Positions 36,173 through 41,393 of a stretch of DNA of 41,393 bases are shown here, in pieces. The stretch is from a virus (taxonomy: Duplodnaviria; Caudoviricetes). A model generated the notes under the pieces. It did not search any database. It was given only the letters and a program-made list of their open reading frames with translations, and was not told the origin of the DNA. Every line of letters begins with the position of its first letter. Positions within the stretch are counted from its first letter, which is position 1. The stretch lies in the IMG/VR virus record IMGVR_UViG_3300005996_000032, positions 1 to 41,393 of that record; one strand, written 5' to 3'. A program made the translations under genes and the position numbers.

Positions 36173-36420
36173 ATCCGAGCGGCATCCATACCGTGGACGA
36201 ACTCCAGATACTCCTCGACGTGGGTCGGGCTGACCGCCAACTCCTTGCGGAGGTACTTGATGAGGTCCTCTGCCGATCCGACCGAGGCCAGGATGGGCCT
36301 CTGGTTGGACTGGAAGCTGGGCTCGCCGTAGACAATGAAGCCACCGTTCGGGGCCTGTTCGACCGAGAAGCGAAGTGGCTCCTCGGGGCGGGGTGATTGC
36401 TCCTTGAGTGTAGGGGTCAT
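36169..36420 (-). CDS. hypothetical protein
   Basis: 83 aa; VEQAPNGGFIV; coupled to neighbours. Confidence 0.65.
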   Translation of the reverse strand: MTPTLKEQSPRPEEPLRFSVEQAPNGGFIVYGEPSFQSNQRPILASVGSAEDLIKYLRKELAVSPTHVEEYLEFVHGMDAARI

Positions 36421-36653
36421 CGCGTAAGGACCTCCTTCATGGTTGCGGTGTCGGTGCCCATGCCCTGCCGCGTCATGTCGGCAATGGTCTGGGCGGTGTT
36501 GCGCTTGGGGTTGATCTTGCGGAAGCCCCGTGTCGGGTGGAGGTGCCGGTTCGAGGCCGCGAGGGTCTCGTTGTAGGCGTCCAGGCGGTAGCCACGGCGG
36601 CGCTCCTGCTTGAGGGCATAGCGGCGCTGGCGGCGTGCGAAAGTCTGGCTCAT
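36417..36653 (-). CDS. basic hypothetical protein
   Basis: Arg-rich; HLHPTRGFRKIN; AGGAG SD. Confidence 0.65.
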   Translation of the reverse strand: MSQTFARRQRRYALKQERRRGYRLDAYNETLAASNRHLHPTRGFRKINPKRNTAQTIADMTRQGMGTDTATMKEVLTR

Positions 36654-36931
36654 TCGGTACTCCTGCTGTCTCGTAGGATGACCTCGACCACTTGCTTCAT
36701 GTGCTGTGTGTCCGCGAAGGAGCGGATCGTGGTCTCAAAGGTCTTCATGGTGTCTTGGATGGCTTGCTCGATGATGGGCTCTGCGGCCTCCTCGAAGCGG
36801 GCGCGGAGGGCCGACCGTAGGTGGCTGTCCAGCCCGTCGAGCATCGCTTTGTGGATGGTCTCGGCTCCTAGATGCCGACCGGCCTCCTCGGCGGCGGCGA
36901 GGGCCATTAGGGTTCCGTTCTCGCCCCTCAT
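36650..36931 (-). CDS. hypothetical protein
   Basis: ATG at 36931 overlapping the upstream stop. Confidence 0.6.
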   Translation of the reverse strand: MRGENGTLMALAAAEEAGRHLGAETIHKAMLDGLDSHLRSALRARFEEAAEPIIEQAIQDTMKTFETTIRSFADTQHMKQVVEVILRDSRSTE

Positions 36932-37179
36932 TCCTTGGCGACCTCCTCTAACTGCTGGATGGTGTCGTAGAGGTGAGCACCAGCCCGGTAGAAGCGATCT
37001 CGCTCCAGTTCCCTCCAGGCGTCCTCCATCGTGGCGTCGGGGCCGGACAGCTTGATGTCCACTTGGCCGAACGATGCGTTGCCGATCATGTGGATGATGC
37101 TGTCGTCGCCGTTGGGCTCGACGTAGAAGAGGAACTCTTGGCCACAGTGGTCGTGGATGTGCGCTTGGAGCTTGCTCAT
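36928..37179 (-). CDS. hypothetical protein
   Basis: 83 aa; AAGGAG SD. Confidence 0.65.
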   Translation of the reverse strand: MSKLQAHIHDHCGQEFLFYVEPNGDDSIIHMIGNASFGQVDIKLSGPDATMEDAWRELERDRFYRAGAHLYDTIQQLEEVAKE

Positions 37180-37466
37180 GGTGAGGTGTCTCCTTTCGGA
37201 ACGTATTGGATGGTGGTGACCTCGCGGGCCTCGACCTCGGGAAGCTCGATCTCGTCGGTCTCAAATTCGAGGGGGCGCTCGTCCTGGTACTCGGTGGCCC
37301 CTTCGGACCATGACAGGAGGAAGAAGCGGTCACCGTGCTGGAACACGAGGTCCTTGTGGACGGACCAGCGGGTGGTATCAGCCACTCGCTCTGGACGGGC
37401 CACGGCGAAACCCTCGGGGGCCTCTCCGTAGATCAGGTCCAGTAGGTCCTGCTTGGCGAACTTCAT
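37176..37466 (-). CDS. hypothetical protein
   Basis: DTTRWS...SEGATEYQDERP...EVEAREVTTIQYVP, a recurrent phage pattern. Confidence 0.7.
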   Translation of the reverse strand: MKFAKQDLLDLIYGEAPEGFAVARPERVADTTRWSVHKDLVFQHGDRFFLLSWSEGATEYQDERPLEFETDEIELPEVEAREVTTIQYVPKGDTSP

Positions 37467-37732
37467 CGCGCCACCTCATGGATCATGTAGTCCTGGATGG
37501 CGCGGAACTCGGAGTGCCGTTCCCCTTCGGAGGCCATGAGGTTCTTCGTCACGGCCATGACATCTTGTGCCTCGATGCGGTGGTGCTTGCACAGCATCAG
37601 GAAGAGTGCGGCGGTCCCGACAAGCTGGCTTGCGGGCTGTAGGTCCTGCGCCCTGTCGAGGAGCGTGAAGGCTCCACGGGCGGCGACCTTGGGGTCAATG
37701 TTGTTGATCTTGTCTCGATTAATCGAGGACAT
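37463..37732 (-). CDS. hypothetical protein
   Basis: ATG at 37732 with AAGGGAG SD. Confidence 0.65.
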   Translation of the reverse strand: MSSINRDKINNIDPKVAARGAFTLLDRAQDLQPASQLVGTAALFLMLCKHHRIEAQDVMAVTKNLMASEGERHSEFRAIQDYMIHEVAR

Positions 37733-37817
37733 CGAATGGCTCCCTTGAGAGTGCGTAGGTAATAAGGATGAGGGCTGCGACCGGGGCCGCAACCATTACG
37801 ACAGTGGAGGCATCCAT
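37719..37817 (-). CDS. 32-aa single-TM peptide (not in ORF track)
   Basis: MDASTVVMVAAPVAALILITYALSREPFDVLD exactly fills the gap; GAGGGG SD. Confidence 0.45.
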   Translation of the reverse strand: MDASTVVMVAAPVAALILITYALSREPFDVLD

Positions 37818-37819
37818 GC

Positions 37820-38170
37820 CTAGAAGCCCCTCGTGAAGCGGCGGCGCTTGGCGTCCACAGCGTCCTCGCCGGGAAGGCGGAAGTTAGGAAGCTGGACGAG
37901 CAGTTCGAGTTCGGTGTGGGTGGTCAGACAGAGGCGCTTGGTGAGCCAGTCGGTCTGCTCCCAGCCCTTGAAGAAGGTCGCCTTCTCGAAGGTGAGCGTG
38001 TAGGGCACCTCACCATAGAGGCCGTATGGGAACGCCTCCATCCGAGGCATCACGGCGAACTCCAGGATGCGTGCAAACTCGGGGCTCTCGGGGATGTCCC
38101 GCTCGGAGAAGTGGCCGAGGAGCCGGTCGGGGTTCTGGTGGTCGTAGACGTTGATAAGTCGTTCGTTCAT
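37820..38170 (-). CDS. hypothetical protein
   Basis: 116 aa; GGAGG SD. Confidence 0.7.
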   Translation of the reverse strand: MNERLINVYDHQNPDRLLGHFSERDIPESPEFARILEFAVMPRMEAFPYGLYGEVPYTLTFEKATFFKGWEQTDWLTKRLCLTTHTELELLVQLPNFRLPGEDAVDAKRRRFTRGF

Positions 38171-38195
38171 TCGTTCCTCCAGTGTAGGTATTTGG

Positions 38196-38414
38196 TCAAT
38201 GAGAAGCGCGGCGGGCGCGGCGGCGGTTACCTGGGAGGGGCTTGCCTCGGCGGCGTTGGAAGTAGCCCTTCTGGCGGAGCGCCTCGATCACCATGCGGCG
38301 TACCGTCTGGCGCTGGCTTCGGTTCATCTCCACGAAGTCGAAGGTCGTTGTGCCTTCGTCCTCCTGGATCGTCATGTCCCAGTAGGACGAGCCTCGGCGG
38401 ATCGTGATTTCCAA
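38196..38414 (-). CDS. hypothetical basic protein; TTG start
   Basis: AAGGAG SD 6 nt before TTG. Confidence 0.65.
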   Translation of the reverse strand: MEITIRRGSSYWDMTIQEDEGTTTFDFVEMNRSQRQTVRRMVIEALRQKGYFQRRRGKPLPGNRRRARRASH

Positions 38415-38424
38415 GGTGTTCTCC

Positions 38425-38616
38425 TTATCGGTTGATGAGTTTGTGGAGGTGGGCGGCGGCGGGCTTGCTGTACGGGTGTCGCTCCAGGTGCCCTTCGACC
38501 GCCTTGATCTTGCGCGCCGTGACGTTCGGGTCGGGACCTCGTGCGGTGCTGACCTTCTTGTGCTTGGTGCGGCCCTTCACCACTCGCGGGTGAATGCTCT
38601 GCCGGTTTCGGCTCAT
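38425..38616 (-). CDS. small basic protein; first gene after the middle promoter
   Basis: GAGGAG SD; K/R/H-rich, 63 aa. Confidence 0.7.
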   Translation of the reverse strand: MSRNRQSIHPRVVKGRTKHKKVSTARGPDPNVTARKIKAVEGHLERHPYSKPAAAHLHKLINR

Positions 38617-38649
38617 GCTGCTCCTCTGGGTTGGAGTTGAATGGGTTGG

Positions 38650-38672
38650 TTCCTCAAGTGGTGAGTAAATGC
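38650..38672 (-). promoter_or_regulatory. phage RNAP middle promoter
   Basis: Minus strand ATTTACTCACCACTTGAGG right after the RNAP stop; core at 38657-38670. Confidence 0.85.
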
Positions 38673-38688
38673 TACGCCAGTGTAACGA

Positions 38689-41142
38689 TCACGAGAAAAA
38701 GAAGTCCGAACGCAGGACCTCTCGGATGTCGAGCGAGCCCTTGGCGGGCGTCGGCGGGACATCCCCGTGAGCCTCCTCGGGCAGCATGGCGAGCACGTCA
38801 TTGCGGAAGTCCTCCAGCACGTCGTGACGCTCGTACATCTCGACAAACGCCTCGCGGATCAGGACCGAGAACCGCTGGGTGTCTGCGGCCAGGGTCCCGT
38901 AGCTGTCGTGGATCATGGCGAAGTCGGTGATGTTGTCGCCCAGTCCCTTGAGGATCGTGAGGACCATTGCGGAGGCGTCGAGCGAGTGGACGAAGTTCGG
39001 GGCAATCGCCAGAGCTTGCTTGCTCTCCTTGAGGGTGTCCGTCTGCTCCTGGTAGGAGAGCGTCGTGACCGAGCCGAACAGTTGCGTCCTGACCCGGCGC
39101 GGCTCCATGTCCACATAGTGCTGCTTCGCGCGGAAGCCGCTGGGGGTGGTCCACTCGACGGTCAGGTCGTGCTTGGCCATCACGCGGGCCACCTTCTGGA
39201 GCCACGACATGGCGAGGCGCGCGGCCTCGATCTTGACGCCCATGCCTTCCCAGACCTTCTTGGACAGGTAGATCATCGCGCCCCGGTAGTCGTCACCGAA
39301 CGGATCATCACTGCCCATCTTCTCCCGCACTGCCTCCTCGACATACTCACGGCAGGACGAGAAGGTGCCGCCATAGGGCAGGACCATGACGGGGCGCTTG
39401 GTGACCTTCCGGTCGATCCCAAGCTGGAGGAAGGTGCCAGCCATAAGCTGGTGCTTGGGGTCCTCTCCCCCTTCCCTCGCCTCACGCTGGAGCGCGTCCG
39501 TCACCCAGTCGGCCACGGTCTGGTAGATGTCGGCAGGGGTATCGGAAGGTCGGAGGTTGACAGCCGCCCCTCCCACGGGATCACGCAGCATGGCGCTGTA
39601 GTGTTGAAGGCCGTTGCAGGTGCCGTCGAGGGCAATAGGTAGCGAGGACCGAAAAGCCAGTCCCTCACGCTTATATCCCGCCCACTCGAAGCAGAAGGCG
39701 AGGAAGGAGAACGGCTTGTCGGCTTGGTGCCACCAGTCGAACTTGATGGGGTCCTCGGCGCACCAGAGGATTTCCTCCTCGTGCTCGTAGACCCACTGCA
39801 TCCGGTCGTCCAAGGATACCTTATCCTCGCCATATGTATTAGCGCCGTGAATGGCCAGCCAACGGACTGCATCGTAGTCTCCCAGGGGTTTGCCGTGCGC
39901 GAAGGTGAGCAACGACCGTGAGAAGTCGGAGCCCTGCGGATTGAGGTTGCCGGTCGAGGGATACACGCGGCCCCGGAAGTCCAGGTAGTGGGGGAAGTAG
40001 AGTTCCGCGTCGTTCTCGAACCGGCGAGCGGTGTTGAGGGTCATGGCGATGTTGATGCGCCGACCGATGGACTTTGCGTTGGTGTCATGGACCTCACGCG
40101 CTGCCCTCTTCCAGTTGGCGACCTGTTCCTCGGTGCCTCCCTCGGGATACCGGGGGACCGGCAGGTTCTCCCGCTGGGGCAGACCGGGCATCGGGAGACC
40201 ACGGGTCCACATGAAGTCCATTACGCGGAGGACATCCTTGTTGACGGCCCAGGGCGTCTCCTGAATGGCGCTGACGGCATCGAACACGTCGCCCATCGTG
40301 CCGGGGTCATCCTTGAAGGACGCACGGTTGTCATGGCGGGGCTGGACGAGGGCCTGGGAGGGCATCACGTCGGTGTGGTAGACGTGCTGGTGCATCCGGT
40401 CCCAAGGCTTCGGAGGGACCACGCAGGGCAACGTGGTGGGGCGTAGGGCCTCACCGATCTCGTTCCTGCCCTCGATCCACTCCATCAGTTCCTCGGTCGG
40501 GGTGATGGCAAGCTCCTGCCCCTTGCGTCCCTTGGCGGGGCGCTTGGCGATCTTCACGAAGCCGGTCACGTCGGTGAACAGTTCGATCAGCTTGAGGCCA
40601 ACGATCATCGTCTCGTTCTTGGTCCAGTGGTCGAAGCCCTCCACCTCGAACTTGTTCATGGAGTAGACCAGTACCTTGCGGCGGCGCTTCCAGTCGGCGG
40701 CGTTCTTCTTGGCGGTCTCGTCCACCTTGTCGAACAGGTAGGGCTTCTCGGCAGCGAAGTGCTGGAACCGGGCCTCGTCCATCACGGCCTGTCCCACTCG
40801 GATGGCTGCGTTGTTGATCGTGTCGGACCTGTAGAGCCTCGACAGGATGATCTTGGTGGCGACGTAGGCCACGCCTCGGGGGTCCATGAACTCGATACGC
40901 TTGGCAGCGCGGGACCTGCGGCCTCGACCAGCGGCGAGGGCCTCGTTCTTCCATCCCCTGATTGCGTCGGCTAGGGGCTCGACCGCCATCTTGGTCAGGG
41001 TGATGCCGGGATAGGTCTCATCCCACTTGTCCTTGGACTTGGAGCGGTCGTAGTGGGAGCGGTAGCGTTCCGCCCCCAGGTTCACCATGTCCAGTTCGAT
41101 CTCCTCCTGTCTCTCAAGTAGCTCCTTGTTGGTGTCGAGCAT
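38689..41142 (-). CDS. single-subunit DNA-dependent RNA polymerase (gp1-like)
   Basis: LDFRGRVYP, LNPQGSD, DGTCNGLQHY, RKVTKRPVMVLPYG, APNFVHSLDAS, IHDSYGT, C-terminal FFS; AAGGAGG SD. Confidence 0.98.
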   Translation of the reverse strand: MLDTNKELLERQEEIELDMVNLGAERYRSHYDRSKSKDKWDETYPGITLTKMAVEPLADAIRGWKNEALAAGRGRRSRAAKRIEFMDPRGVAYVATKIILSRLYRSDTINNAAIRVGQAVMDEARFQHFAAEKPYLFDKVDETAKKNAADWKRRRKVLVYSMNKFEVEGFDHWTKNETMIVGLKLIELFTDVTGFVKIAKRPAKGRKGQELAITPTEELMEWIEGRNEIGEALRPTTLPCVVPPKPWDRMHQHVYHTDVMPSQALVQPRHDNRASFKDDPGTMGDVFDAVSAIQETPWAVNKDVLRVMDFMWTRGLPMPGLPQRENLPVPRYPEGGTEEQVANWKRAAREVHDTNAKSIGRRINIAMTLNTARRFENDAELYFPHYLDFRGRVYPSTGNLNPQGSDFSRSLLTFAHGKPLGDYDAVRWLAIHGANTYGEDKVSLDDRMQWVYEHEEEILWCAEDPIKFDWWHQADKPFSFLAFCFEWAGYKREGLAFRSSLPIALDGTCNGLQHYSAMLRDPVGGAAVNLRPSDTPADIYQTVADWVTDALQREAREGGEDPKHQLMAGTFLQLGIDRKVTKRPVMVLPYGGTFSSCREYVEEAVREKMGSDDPFGDDYRGAMIYLSKKVWEGMGVKIEAARLAMSWLQKVARVMAKHDLTVEWTTPSGFRAKQHYVDMEPRRVRTQLFGSVTTLSYQEQTDTLKESKQALAIAPNFVHSLDASAMVLTILKGLGDNITDFAMIHDSYGTLAADTQRFSVLIREAFVEMYERHDVLEDFRNDVLAMLPEEAHGDVPPTPAKGSLDIREVLRSDFFFS

Positions 41143-41163
41143 TCAGTGCCTCCTTCGCATACG

Positions 41164-41191
41164 AAAAGAGGCCCCCCTACTGGGAGGCCCC
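41164..41191 (-). terminator. intrinsic terminator-like hairpin directly upstream of the RNAP gene
   Basis: Minus strand GGGGCCTCCC-AGTA-GGGGGGCCTC-TTTT (10-bp stem with two G:U pairs). Confidence 0.65.
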
Positions 41192-41215
41192 CGTTATACA
41201 GTGGTGAGTAATTAT
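41192..41215 (-). promoter_or_regulatory. phage RNAP promoter upstream of the RNAP gene itself
   Basis: Minus strand TAATTACTCACCACTGTATAAC; core at 41200-41213. Confidence 0.8.
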
Positions 41216-41231
41216 TGGTGGTGGGTGTCGG

Positions 41232-41393
41232 CTAGAGGTTGGGGTCCCAGATGAGACGCACGGCCCCCACGACGATCAGGCTGGTGATGACGCCGACCGT
41301 GACGGCCACGGGCCACTCATACCCAAGCCACCCTGCGAACATGCCGGTGGCCTGGAAGGGGATGAGGGCGAGGAAGAGGTAGTTCGGGTTCAT
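41232..41393 (-). CDS. small two-TM membrane protein (53 aa, not in ORF track)
   Basis: MNPNYLFLALIPFQATGMFAGWLGYEWPVAVTVGVITSLIVVGAVRLIWDPNL; ATG at the window end, TAG at 41232-41234. Confidence 0.6.
   Translation of the reverse strand: MNPNYLFLALIPFQATGMFAGWLGYEWPVAVTVGVITSLIVVGAVRLIWDPNL

Larger units (their letters stand above)
1..41393 (-). mobile_element. T7-like (Autographiviridae-type) phage genome, circularly permuted; probably an integrated prophage
   Basis: Full T7-like core on one strand (RNAP, SSB, endonuclease I, primase-helicase, family A DNA polymerase, exonuclease, portal, scaffold, capsid, tail A/B, internal virion proteins, terminases). The genome-end region is internal (~6.1-7.1 kb) and the break lies between the MarR gene and the RNAP gene. 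Confidence 0.95.

Noticed and set aside
7226-40974. Many long plus-strand ORFs (e.g. 16378-17967, 22389-23324, 29956-31080)
   Set aside because: They are antisense shadows of high-GC3 minus-strand genes, with no motifs or SD sequences.
1-41393. Integrase and DNA ligase genes
   Set aside because: No ORF in the window shows tyrosine/serine recombinase or ligase motifs; an integrase is only inferred beyond position 1.

Overview
This window is a near-complete T7-like (Autographiviridae-type) phage genome of high GC content, with essentially every real gene on the minus strand. It is circularly permuted. Early genes run from ~5.8 kb down to a MarR-like regulator at 1-369. The single-subunit RNA polymerase sits at the opposite end (41.1-38.7 kb) and is followed by replication genes, portal, scaffold, a relocated lysis cassette, a tRNA, capsid, tail and internal virion genes, fibres and terminases. 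A non-coding genome-end junction lies at ~6.1-7.1 kb. This permutation is what an integrated prophage of the MarR/integrase-bearing T7-like group would look like, although no integrase is inside the window. A four-copy phage promoter (minus strand A[A/T]TTACTCACCACT) is visible. The most striking observation is that four key genes (DNA polymerase, amidase endolysin, tail tubular protein A, large terminase) appear to start at ATC codons placed 5-8 nt behind Shine-Dalgarno sequences. For three of them no ATG/GTG/TTG can supply the conserved N-terminus. The phage's single tRNA has the matching GAU anticodon, an initiator-like 1:72 mismatch (A1:G72) and C33. This suggests either a phage-encoded AUC initiation system or deliberate non-AUG throttling. 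All calls come from reading the sequence and recalling family motifs; no database search was run.
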